From Lingula anatina (taxonomy: Eukaryota; Animalia; Brachiopoda): a DNA stretch of 64,000 bases. The stretch's first letter is position 1. Every line of letters starts with the position of its first letter. A model generated the notes under the pieces. The model was not told the DNA's origin. It ran no database searches and worked only from the letters and a program-made list of their open reading frames with translations. The stretch covers positions 4,464,001 through 4,528,000 of the forward strand of contig CM120640.1 in NCBI GenBank assembly GCA_051362555.1. Reading direction: 5' to 3'. The translations under genes and the position numbers were made by a program. Shown one piece after another: positions 13,401 to 26,000 of this stretch.

Positions 13401-16400
13401 ATTTTTGATTGAAGAGACCTTAAAGAGCACTTATCCTCACTTCAGGGCTGATTCAGAGGCAGACGACAATACGCAGTTCATATTTTAGTGTTGTAGCATT
13501 GTGGTGAGTGATCATTAAGTGTTGTTTCAGCTTGCTCTTACATCTCTTCTTTACTTAGATAATGTATGAGCAAATATGTTAGGCTGACACCCAAACAGTA
13601 TTTCTGTCAGCTTTAAAAGAGTTTTTAGTCTATGGGTCAACAGAAAAGGGCAGAACATCCCAACTGGCTATCTCCCAGAGGACTTCATATTGTAACTAGA
13701 TACCAGAGGTAGCATTGATGGCCAGTAGAACTTGTGATGTCATTTGCACAATGTCTTTTCAGTTTTTCAATTAACATCTAGATAATGCAGAAGAATATTT
13801 GCATAGTGTCTGGATTGAATATTTGACAAAAGTATTCTGTATTATTGTGAAAAATTTTGAAGTGTGAGTTTTAACATTTTAAAAAATGGAAAGAAGTTGT
13901 GTACTGGTATGTCTCATACTAATCATTGCGTTTGCTGGCTGTCAGTGACCAGCAGGCTGTTGAAAGTCCATAGTAGAAATCTGGCAGATGTTATAATTCT
14001 ATCACCAGGATGCACAGTTACTGTGTCTATAGGCATATGTCTTTGGCTATAGGCATGCATAATTGAATGTTGTAATAGCATTCTACATGTACTTTTAAGC
14101 ACATGCCCAGCTGGTGGTTCCTACTCAGGAGTGTCTTTTGCCTCTCTTAAGAACAAGTTTCTAAAAGGGGGCTCTTCCTTAAACTTATCAAGTTTTAAAT
14201 GTATTGAGTATATATGCCAACCAGAATAGAAAGACATATTTTATTTACCTTTACCTCTGTTGGCTGTAGTCGTTTAACATACAAGTTAGATGACATTGGG
14301 AAAAGATGATTCTGCTTCTTATGCTGGTTTTCAACCTGAGAACAAATCTTCTTCTGACAATATAGAAAAGACATGGTGTTGTTTGTTCAACAGCCATCTG
14401 ACATCTGTTCAGATCATTACTACAATTAAATTGGCCTGGAAACTGCAGTGTCTATAGCAAGTGTTTCATGCTATAAAAGTGAAATTGATTTTTTATAGAC
14501 TCCTATTATGTACTGGTTCACAGTGTCAATTCTTGGCCTCTGCAGGCTATGCTTGGCAGGTTTTGAAAATGATTCTCTCCTCATAACCCACCAGCATTGA
14601 CACTAATGTGTTGTACCTGCATATTAAATAAAGCTTAGTCTGGGCATGGGGGTATTTTCATTGTAGTTTGACCATGGCAGATTTTGTCAGATTCTGTGGG
14701 ATTCTTTAGGGTTTTGACATTGACATAGTTAAATTGTAGACTAATAAATGGGATCTCAGTGGGCAATTACTCAAGTAATGCTTTTGGTGCCTTTGAATTG
14801 ATGGTTTTGGAGTTCCAACTTTCTTTTTACTTGTGGCATTGCTGAAACATTTAAGAACGAGCTGATAATTTTATGTGATTTGTAAAATACATCTTTTTTT
14901 TTCCTTGGTAAAAAGTATAAATGACATTTGGTTGAAATAGAGATAGGCCACTTTAAATGTGCACAACCTCAGTTTCTTTCCATTTCTTGGGTATCAACTG
15001 CTACACTGCCTTGAACAATCTGCTAAGTACTGGTAATTGAACAGGAGCCTTTTTAATGATTAAGTTAATGGAAGTTTCTAATGTTGCATCTTTATCGAAA
15101 TCAGTTTTTCTTCAAATATTGTATCCATTTCTTTTATTATTTCTGTATAAACATAGACTCTAACTTTACTGTGATGACAGGAAGAGAGTAAACAGTTGAA
15201 TCAATATTTTCCAAGTGGTCTTTGATAAACTGGCTTCCATTAAATCAGCTGAATTGTCAGAAAATGGGACAGAAAAAATCAATCTTAAAGAAACTTGGGA
15301 ATAATTAGCTTAAGTGATATCTCAAGAGAATCTGGAAGTGTTGACTAGTAAAGGTAAGAGAAGGAGTGTGTAAAGTTTACAAGGGAAGCTGGTGAGCACT
15401 TAGCACTTCTGTGATGAAATATACCTTTTTTGTCTTGTCTCTTTGTCATATTTCATTTAGAAAATATCTTTTAACAAATTGATTAAATTTCTTAAATTAA
15501 TCTTATTTATCTGACATTATTTTTTTTTCTTATTTAAATTTGCGGTCTGTTTTTTTATATTTGCGGCTTTCTAACTGAAGTGAATGCTGGCCCCTTGGTT
15601 TTGAGACCATTGAGTCATTTCTTCTTACTTTTTCCCCACACCCCAATATCATGTCTGATCTTTACAGAACATTTCTGGGATTGTGTCTCCAGGTCTCTTG
15701 GCATTTGGCCCATTTATCACCTCTAGAGAGTACGATGAAAACTAATTTTCAAAATGCTGTTGGACTGCGGACTGTCAACTTGCTCAGATTGATTACTGAT
15801 TAGCTGATCATTATCATTCCTGTTGGAAATCTATACTGTATCTGAAATAGTAACTGGAGTAGTGTGGTGCAAACATTCTCTTGGCACAGAACTTGGCTCT
15901 AACCTGGGATGCAGCAAGGTGATAGCTTTTGTAGTATGTAATTGCTTGACAGGCCATAGTTAAGTATCACAAGGGTCACCACCATTTCAAATATTTTTCA
16001 GAAAAAGACACAAAATAATGTCCTTTCTCTTGAATCTGCCATTTAGTTTAAAGGAATAATTAAAGCCTCTATTTGATTTGAAGGAATAAACTTAAGATTA
16101 GGCTGCTGTGAAATGTTCAATATACATGATGTTGTGGTAAGTTTTCCAGTCAGTCCATGTTTTATAAGGTTCCTAGGGGAAGAGGGGGGACCATAGGAAA
16201 TGGAGCAACATCCACATTTTACTCTTTATCTTCTGAAGAAAGAAAAGAAAAATGTTCTTCCTGTGGGCAGATAACCACATCACATGCTCACAAAGCATAA
16301 AGAGATAACACAAGTGCAGACAAGATCATGGTATTATTATCTGAACATTGAGATAGTGGAACAACTGCAAGAACAACACAGTATTTAAGTACCAGCAGAA

Positions 16401-17382
16401 CCATTATTGTAGCTCTGTCATATTTATAGAAAAATGTCTTTCAGCAACACCATTTTATCATGCCATAACCGTAGTTTTTCATCATTTTCTGGCTTAAACT
16501 AGTGATTATAGCTCTCAGAATATCTTTATATATCTTCTTTCCTGCTGATTTCAAAAACATTAGAATAGGTACTGGCTGAAGTATTGCATTTTAAAGTGTG
16601 TATGGCCTTTAGGATAAGGTAGATGTATTTACCAGCAAAAGTTTAATGTTCTAATATTTCAAGGTAGAAGATGAAGCAGACCTCTAAGGATTTGCAAAAT
16701 GATTGCATCTTCCATTAGATACTGCAGTTGTTTTGTGCAATCCTTGGATTGTGGCCTCATAAAGTCTGTGTAGAAGATTTGTCATAAGTGTTATAATACT
16801 GTAAACCAGAATGATTTCTGTAAGATTGGATCATTGTTGAAAGAAGCTGGGTAAAAAAGAGAGATCATTTGCAATTTACTGTGATCAATTTTTTCTGCAG
16901 GAATTTGATTTTATGCTTGATTAAAATTTGTGATTGAAATTCTTTTTGCTTGAGATTGACAGCTTTTTTGCATTTTTTTTTCATTTCTGAAAGAAAGTCG
17001 ATTTTATGGCTGAAAGCTATTTTACATGAGAATCAGTTTTTGCAGGAGATTGACAATTATTTTTCCTGTTTTTGTTTCCCAGGACAATTATGTCACAAGC
17101 ATGCAATCTTGAAAGCTAAAACTCAAGTTGAGAAGGATATCTATGACCCCGTCTGAGCATAAACTAGAGAAAAGAGTGTGTGTATGTGTGTGTGTTTGTT
17201 TGTGTGTGCGTGGGCACGTGCGTACATGTGTTCGCACACTTTGCTGTATGTCCCTTTTTGCCCCAAGACACCATATCACAGGAATTGATTGATCTTAGAT
17301 TGGGATCTTGTCATGGTTTGCCACCTTTGGTGATTGGATTCAAAATGAAACGGACATCTTGATTGCTTACGTTTCTCCACAG

Positions 17383-17700
17383 GGGAAGAGTTATTGATTG
17401 TGCATGCATGGTTACCGATTGAGGGACATTACTTATATCGATTGGCTACGATAACATTATCACCTGGATTTTGGAAGGATTGGAGATAATTGCGGCGAGG
17501 GGATCTAAGTCACTGAAAGGAGCTTTCCGGATAAAACCTTAAACTGAAAACCAATCTTTGAATTCCATCCTTCTCTTCTATAAACATATAGTATATATAT
17601 GATTTGGCATCTGATGCTTTTCAATTTTGAAACAATCGTAAATGGCAAAGAAAAATAAAGAAAAAAAAAGATATGGATCATTTTAGGGGAAGAAAAAAGG
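17383..17700 (+). other. Putative exon or alternative first exon in a local CpG-retaining patch
   Basis: Acceptor-like GTTTCTCCACAG| at 17382 and donor AGG|GTAAGC at 17700/17701. Several CpGs lie in 17200-17710 against a depleted background. An ATG at 17673 gives MDHFRGRKK plus a phase-1 donor. Confidence 0.35.
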
Positions 17701-20700
17701 GTAAGCGGAATTAAATGTCTGTCTGGTTTGATGCCAGAAATCCTAAGAAGATTAAAACCAAGATTACATATTAAGTTGAAGGGCAGGTTTCTTCAAAAGC
17801 TGGCCTGTCTTATTTCTATTTTCTAAAAAAAAAAAAAAAGATTATTAAATTTTACATTTTATCCTTGTACATGTGTTAAATAGAATAGCCATCAATATTC
17901 ATGCTGACTCAGAATGAGATTGAACATGAAACCCCGCCCTGAATCTTATTATGAATAAAGTCATCAAAGATTTGTGCAGATTCAATGATTCTTACAAGGA
18001 AAAGGTGCATAGTACTTCTGACCTCCATTTTTGTAATATTCCTTTGAGATCCAATTTCTGCTGATATCCAGTTGTTAATTCACTTAGTTGTCTATTAAGT
18101 GAATACATCTTTTCTCTTATTGTTGAGTACATTATATTCTTGGTGTGTGTTTCGTGAAATAAAATGCTTGAAGGCTTTGTCACACAGTAATGTCTATACA
18201 TTTATCAACATCGTTTTTGATTTTAAAAATATTTATTGACTCTTTTATCTATATTGGTTCCTGCTGCATGACTGATCTGAGTTTGTCACAGAGATGTCTG
18301 TACATTTATCAGCATTGCTTCCTGGGCAGAAATAGCTACATTGTTTTAGCTCCAGATGCAGAGATATAACATTAAATTTTTTTTGCAAGAGTATTTTGGC
18401 AGACAGGCCAGTCTGTAATTGATCTGGATTACTTCATGATTTGGGGTCAGAGTGCAGCATGTGACAGTTTAAAAAAAATGAAAAATATTCTGCACTGGTT
18501 GTGTGCTATAATCCCAAGGGCCGAAACCTTTCTAAATGTTGTGCAGAAGAATTGCCAATAAATGATAAGTTATTTGTGGAGCTGAAGCAGGTTCCCAGTG
18601 GAAAGCTTACATTAACATTGATAGTGAGTCTGTCTAGAAAATGGACCTCTAAGAATTGTCATATAGATAACCGAGAGAAACAAGTGTATAGTTATATTGT
18701 GTGTCACTGTATCACTGTTTCTCATATACTTGAATGAGGAGGGGTGGGGAATCTGGTAGTGGCTGGTTGGTGGGGGTGGGGCATTGCAAATTAGTACTAT
18801 ATGATGGTGACAAATGAGAGAAAAAAAAATTTTTTTCTGTCACCAAGTATATTCGGCTATGAAAATGTATGAAAGGGACAGTTGAGGTGAATATTGTTGT
18901 TTTCCAATGTTCCTCATTGATGCTATGACCCTGGACATGGCCTTATTCTCAGGACTGAAATGAACTGTTAGCCATTGAAATATTGACTTATGATTGTTTT
19001 TCACTTATATTCTGAAGCTGTTGAATAAATGAACTGTGGCTATGATAATATTTTCCAACATTGCCTTGACTAATATCTCAGGGATATGCAATTTCTGTGA
19101 AATATTAGAATTAACACCCTTTCCCAGAAGCACTTTTACTAAGTGAAAATACAAGAATTTTGTGTTATCATTCACTTATCTTAAAGAGGGTATTTCTGAA
19201 TTTGGAGGTAGACAGAATGATGGTTGAAAAGAACTTGGTAGTTGTTGAGCACCCAGGATTATTTTCTGAAATTGTACATTTTTAGGACATTAGGTTGACC
19301 TTAATTTGTTTAGATTAAAGCCATCGGTGGATTATGATTGCAAAACATGACTAAAATCAATTAAAGAAGAGGAAAAATAGGTTCAGACACGATTCCCCCT
19401 GCTTGTTTGTATGTTAACACTTACTTATAGTGATGAAATTGGCAGCAGATGTAGAATAAATCTCTTCAGGGCAGATTTACTTTGGTAAACCATCTGCCAT
19501 CATTTACATTTTCTAATTGCTTCTTAAAAGGGAAAGAGAGAGCACGTGACGAAAGAGGATATTTTTTTACTGTTGTCGGATATGCAGAACTGGCTGAATT
19601 ATTACAGATATTGCATGGTTCTTGGATATCTACACACAGTAAGTGGGCAGGAGGTCTGGTCTAGTAGGAATAGTGAGCCTTGAAGTCACTGGATTAATAG
19701 ACCAGGGTTAACCTTTATATATTATGCATTTAAGGCCTTGATGTGTTTGAGGCTTCACATGCTGCTGGCATATAGTGGTTAATGTTGGTCTGTGTAGCTC
19801 TGGATACAAAATGCATGGCTGTTGTTTGATGTCTTCATACTGCAGGTATGTGGTGATGGATTTGCTTTGAATAATGGTTCATAATGGACTGATCTGACTG
19901 TCAGGTATTCAGGTGGGTTCTACATAAATCCCTGTGTGTTACAGGAATGGCTGTGTTCATTCTGTATCACATGGCCTAGAATTGCTTCAGTCTTGAGTGC
20001 TAAACACCAATAGAGTAGGGCTGTTCACTTATGGTTATTATACATGTGCTACCTACTTGCTGTGGAAGAACTCGCATTGGAGCCAAAGAGACATTACTTT
20101 TCCAGATATCATTATCCATCATTGCTGTTCTCAACCTATAGGTGTTGGTGAGTCCTAGCAAGTTATTATTATTTTATTATTATTATTTTTATTATTATTT
20201 TTTCATTCAGTGATATCAGTTGGGGCTGGGAGGGGGGGGGAGGATGCAAGCTGAATGAACAACCTTTCCACAAGGCTAATGTTTCATTAAAATCAAATAA
20301 ACTAGAAGACATTTTCTGTGGTATTTATGTTTTATGTGAGGGTTAGAAGTCTGTTTTTAGACGTGGTTTCTCATGGTTAGTGGTCCATTTCCAAGGGCGG
20401 CCTGAGACAGGAAAATTGTTAAAAGGTTTATGGCATAAGGCAGAAAAAAAATTTATAACAAAAATGTTTTTTAAAACAACATTATATACATGCTTCAGTT
20501 GGAAGTGATGCCATCACTTTATGTTGATTTCAGTTTGGACGGTACCATATTCAACTATTCTCATACAATATAGATAAAAACTGATGTACAATCTAATATT
20601 GCAGTCAAGAGTGGCTATCAAAATAGCTTTATAGTGTACAATGTGAGATATTTTACCAGTAATACATATCCTGCAAGACTTATTGACTGATGTTGCAGTT

Positions 20701-21132
20701 ATCAAATGAATCTTTCCTCTATTCTGTCAAGATAATATTTGTCGAAGTGTTGCTTCTCTTTGAAGCTTTTGCATTGCATTGACTTATTCAAGGCTTTAAA
20801 AGCTTTTAAAGTTTCAATATAGCTTAATTCTTTGACAGCCTGTAAAGGGGAGTTCCACCAAACCGTCTATTCCATCCCCCCCCCTCCCCACCGCTTTTTT
20901 TTTTTATTATTATTATTTCATAAGGTCTGGAATTTCAGATTAAAGTAACTTGTAATGAGCTACATAGCACACACTACAGTGTCTTCAGTTGTGTTTCCCA
21001 GCATGTCATCTGCTATTGGTTAGGTCACCTCAGCCAGTCTAATCTGAATACAGAGACCTGGTTGGGACAATACAGGGATAAGATGTAATCAATATAGGGA
21101 CCTGGCTGGGACAAAACAGGGATCTGATGTAA

Positions 21133-23013
21133 TTGTACCACCAGCGTTAGCGCTGGCGGTACACATGGTTTTAGTCCCGTCCGGATCGTTCCGCCGGCTC
21201 CGCCGGACGGCTACCGTTACCGCTTCTCCTCCTAGACGGTAAGGGCCCCCGTACCCATCTCTTGGATTTAGGTCACCTATAATCTCAACTCGTTCCACGT
21301 AAAATTTGGGCTTTGTCGGTTTTGGGGTCTAGGTGTGGCACTCATTGCAATGCACCCTTGTCTAAAAATGGCAAAATTAAATGCTCATTATCTACCCTAC
21401 GGAAGGAATTATGGGAAAAATTTCTACAGACGTCTTTCCAAAAATTATATGTGTAGATTTCAAATATGCCCTTGGATTTGACCTTTGACCTTTATTTCAA
21501 GGTCAAACGGGCCAAAATTTTCAAAAAAATTAATTTTTTTACGAAAAAAAAAATTATTTGCCCTGTTATTCAGACACCACACAGACGTAACCAATAATAT
21601 TATTGGAAAGTGTTACCCTTCAGGTCATCTTTCATCTCCGTGAATTTGGGGTCAATCGGTGCATTTTCACGGGAGTAGGGGCCATAAGATACCGAAACTG
21701 AAAACTGTCTCTAATTCGGGAACCGTTAATGCTAGAAACCCATTTTTTTGCATTTTGTAGAGCATTTAAAGCCCAACACTGGAGGTGGTCTCGGTTTTTT
21801 TGTATTCCATACGGTTTTCGAGTTACATTGTATCAAAAAGTACATATTGGTGGTGAAAGCAAAATGTGCAGTACGGTAATGTATAATAAATTTTGAACTA
21901 CGGAAAAATAAAACATAAGGCTTGGCAAAGCAGATAAGTTGTGGTCAAAAATGACATTATTTCATCAAATTTGAACATCTGGAACTTCGGAGCACCTCCC
22001 ATTTCAAGAATTTTGACCAAAATGACCTTTTCTTTATTTTAATTAATTTCTTCTGTAGGAAATTTATGGCACATTATGGTAACTCCAAAATTATAACATT
22101 TAGTCCCTTATTTCTCCAAAACTGGCAGAGATAGGTCCATAGTTACTATTGAAGTTGAATAGGAAGTCATATACTGGCAATCTTTCTGTGACCTTGAAAT
22201 TGACCTTTGACCTACTTTTCACCATGAACTGAACTTTGCAAATTTTGGTTCCCTTTTATCTCCAAAACTGGCAGAGATAGGTCCATAGTTACTATTGAAC
22301 TTGAATAGGAAGTCATATATTGGCAATCTAAATGTGACCTTGAAATTGACCTTTGACCTACTTTTCACCATGAACTGAACTTTGCAAATTTTGCTGCCCT
22401 TTTATCTCCAAAACTGGCAGAGATAGGTCCATAGTTACTATTGAACTTGAATAGGAAGTCATATATTGGCAATCTAAATGTGACCTTGAAATTGACCTTT
22501 GACCTACTTTTCACCATGAACTGAACTTTGCAAATTTTGCTGCCCTTTTATCTCCAAAACTGGCAGAGATAGGTCCATAGTTTCTATTGAACTTGAATAT
22601 GAAGTCATATACTGGCAATCTAAATGTGACCTTGAAATTGACCTTTGACCTACTTTTCACCATGAACTGAACTTTGCAAATTTTGGTTCCCTTTTATCTC
22701 CAAAACTGGCAGAGATAGGTCCATAGTTACTAATGAAGTTGAATAGGAAGTCGTATACTGGCAATTTACTGTGACCTTGAAATTGACTTTTGACCTACCT
22801 TACGATGAACTTAACTTTGATTGTACCATTTTTAGGCATATATATTTTTTGCATATTTTGAAAATTCTTGTTGATTGCATTTTTACAGCTTGTCAAGCAG
22901 AAGACTGGTGGCTGTGACCCTTATTTTGTGTATGTGGGGGTCTATACGAATGCGCTTGCTCCAGCTGGTGGTACAATATTCGGAGGCGGTATCGCCTCTC
23001 TGATCCTCTAGTT
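21133..23013 (+). mobile_element. Non-autonomous Helentron-associated element (HINE/DINE-1-like, rolling-circle class)
   Basis: 5' subTIR TTGTACCACCAGC (21133-21145) with a nearby inverted partner GCTGGCGGTACA (21152-21163) and a CCGT/CCGG-rich microsatellite-like patch. It has an internal tandem array, a 3' subTIR GCTGGTGGTACAA (22964-22976), a 3' hairpin GAGGCG-GTAT-CGCCTC (22983-22998) and a CTAGTT end. It is inserted at TT with no long TSD and has no Rep/Hel ORF. Confidence 0.85.
22105..22820. repeat. 146-bp tandem repeat array (about 4.9 units) inside the HINE
   Basis: The anchor CTCCAAAACTGGCAGAGATAGG recurs at 22114, 22260, 22406, 22552 and 22698, an exact 146-bp period. The units are highly similar. 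Confidence 0.95.
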
Positions 23014-26000
23014 AATATAGGGACCTGGCTGGGACAGAACAGGGACCAAATGTAGTCAATGCACAGATCTGGCTGGGACAGAACAGGGATCAAATGTAGT
23101 CAATGCACAGACCTGACTGGGACAGAACAGGGATAAGGGGATAAGATGTAATCAGACGTCCTGCTAAGATGAGTTACACAGAGAGAGATGGCTAAATAAG
23201 ACACATATTACTTTGATCTATCAGTGAATGAAGACCTGTCCACTAGATTCTTGGTTAATTCTCACGAAAAGTCTTTTTGGTTTTCCTAAATTCTCCAATC
23301 AATTTGTTGATCACAGGTCTCTTGTATAAAAATATTTGACAGAGGTGATTCCTTTTTAAAATCTATTGCATGTAGGTCATATACTATAAGATTTAAACCC
23401 CTATATGAATAATATTAATTTGTCTGTACTTATTAATTTACATGAACTAATTGCTGGAACTGGTATGATGAAACTTCTTTGAAAGGGAACCATTTTGGTT
23501 TGTGTTTCTTACTGTGGAAATTCAGCTTTGGTAAACAGGTTCAACAACTGCATGGATCCAAAACCAAATTCAGATTGACCTGCAGGTGATCTCTCTTCCT
23601 TTCTCCCAAGTCACCAGGGAGAGGTTGCTGCCAGGATAATCTATTAGACCAAGGTCAGGGTGTAGATGTGACAATACGCTGAAGGCCAGTATAAGAGCTT
23701 TGTAAACTCTGGCTGGACTGGCTCAGTCAACTGGGAGAAGAAATTGTAGCTGTTTATTGGTTAGAATTTGATTATTGATAATTGGGTTAAAGGCTTTCTT
23801 TAGTAACACTGGGGTTAATGTTCTTTTGGAATTTCTCCTATTAATGAAATATTTTTATCTTATGCAGTCTCAAATGGATAGTTTATTGATTAGAAAAAGA
23901 AACAAAAATGGCAATTCCAAATCATTTTTTTTTTCAAAGTCACAGTAAATTGGAATGCTTTTCACCTTATGTTATCACGAAAACTACTTAACCCAAGGCA
24001 AGGGCACACACTGGCAGGTATGTCAGCACTTTGACTTCTCAGCAACTGTGATATATGGGAATTGGCTGGCTGACAGGTTGAGGGAGAAAGGGGATGGGGG
24101 GGATAGAATGAGAGAAAAAAAGAACTGTCAAACTGACCAGGATAATTTATAACTCACATAAGATTCCATTTACAACCTTAATTAAGCATCTGTAAGGTTA
24201 ACTACTTTCCAAGGTGCTCTCTGATGTGGATATTGTATGGTTGATAGCTAGAGCTCTGCAGTTTTGCTTGGAGCCAGCATACTACGCGCCACATGTGTAC
24301 AAGTATTTCAGATTTGCATAATGTTATTTCATGCAGAACATATCTAGTTTTGGCACGGAAGTGGAAAGACAGTTGACGACTTTTTTTTAAAGAAATGCTT
24401 GCCATTTTGGTAGAGAAAAGAGAATATTATTAAGGAAGCAGCTTTATTTATAGGTATGTTTTACAAATCATTTTTGTATATTTTTAAGCCAAATGTTGAA
24501 TGTCAAGGTAAATATACCAAATAAGATGTTTTTTTAGATTAATATTATGAAGGACTGGAAGCTGATACATGTGTTTCCCTTATTAAATCAAATATTCAAG
24601 GTAGAGTGATGTTCAATGTATACATAATTTGTACAGAATACTTTAACCATATAGTTGTTTGTTTTCCCAAAGGTATTTTACAAATAGCATTTATTTGCAG
24701 AATAATGTAGACAATTGTTTTCTAATTTAAATTGCAAATCAGATTTTTTTGTTGGCAGTTTCCTGACCCCCAGCAGTACATCAACTGAGCCATTTTTTTT
24801 CAAGTTTGGAAAAAGTTAAGTCTGGATTTAGAAAAAATTACTGAAGTCAAAGATGCAGATAGGAACAGTGTATGTTTTAATATTTCTAACTACGCATGCT
24901 ATTTTGTTGATTTGTAGATTAGATTTATACTTGATAAGTCTAAATTATGGCTGCGTTCCTCGTACAGTCAGGACCCCCAGTCAACACATTTACTGTGCTC
25001 TACATTTAAGAGTCCCTCAATATGTTCCACCTGGATGAGAAATGAGTGGTCAACGCCCTGTCTCTGAGTTACTCCACTGTCTGACAGGATACAATGTCTC
25101 AGATGATGTAGCATCCATAGAACATATTAAGGTGACATTATAGACGCTCACAGACTTCAAAGTACCCTCCCTGTTATTATGTAGATGGCTGCTGTTCCAG
25201 CTACCTCCCCCCTGATCTCCCACCCACTGACCACTAAGCACGACATGCATTGAACCGGAAATTACACATCTAAAGGGAGGCTGTGTATTGTTATGTGGCC
25301 CCTCCAATAACAGGTCCCATACAGGAGTAGTAGTCATTTTGTTTTAGCTGTTGCATAACACTGTTGGAGACTTGTGCATTTTGAAAAGTAGACCGTGTCA
25401 CTTCAGGTGTTGGGATATCTTCAAGGACAGCTTAGCAGAGCCGGCGACAGTAACTCAGTATATTTATTCTCTCTCTCTCTGTGAGTATAAGAATTATTTT
25501 TCTTTAATGGGGTTGTTTATCTGCTTGGATTAAGGAGCACCAGGTGAAAGTTTATGTGGTCACGTATGGCAGCCCTTCATTGTACATGTGCAAGGGAAGC
25601 TGGCACATGTACCCTCAGTGGTAAGGCTGTGGTGGTGAGCTATGGGTTGTTACAGGTTTGTCAAATAAACTATGGATCAGATGGGGGAATTCTCATCTCT
25701 GAGACTGACAACTGCTCATGTCATGTTAAGGCAGTAAAGCATTAGTATTTGTAAGGGTTATTTTGTGTCACATGGTTTTCAGGCATGTTTTCAGCCATGT
25801 TGGGTTAACTGTATCCTCGTCTCAGTCTGATTATGTTAAGCTCACCGAAGATGGCCAATGTAACCCTCTGTCTTAACAACAAATTATTGGATACTGAGGG
25901 ATTTAATCCATTGTCTGATGTCAAGATTATTATTATTACATAGATTTCTGTGAACCGAGCCAGCAAAAGTGGTTTGCACCAAAAAGAGCAGACCTAACTT

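Larger units (their letters stand above)
21047..23153. repeat. 44-bp minisatellite (about 5 units) split by the Helentron-type insertion
   Basis: Unit approximately AATATAGGGACCTGGCTGGGACAGAACAGGGATCAAATGTAATC. Units lie at 21047-21090 and 21091-21134, then resume in register at 23014-23057, 23058-23101 and 23102-23153. Confidence 0.85.

Noticed and set aside
21089-21298. GC-rich 69-aa minus-strand ORF / CpG island-like patch
   Set aside because: It is explained by the 5' end of the HINE element, not by a gene or host promoter.
22105-22820. Regularly spaced repeats as a CRISPR-like array
   Set aside because: The units are contiguous 146-bp near-identical monomers with no unique spacers and no cas genes, in a eukaryotic context. 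The same applies to the 28-bp and 44-bp arrays.
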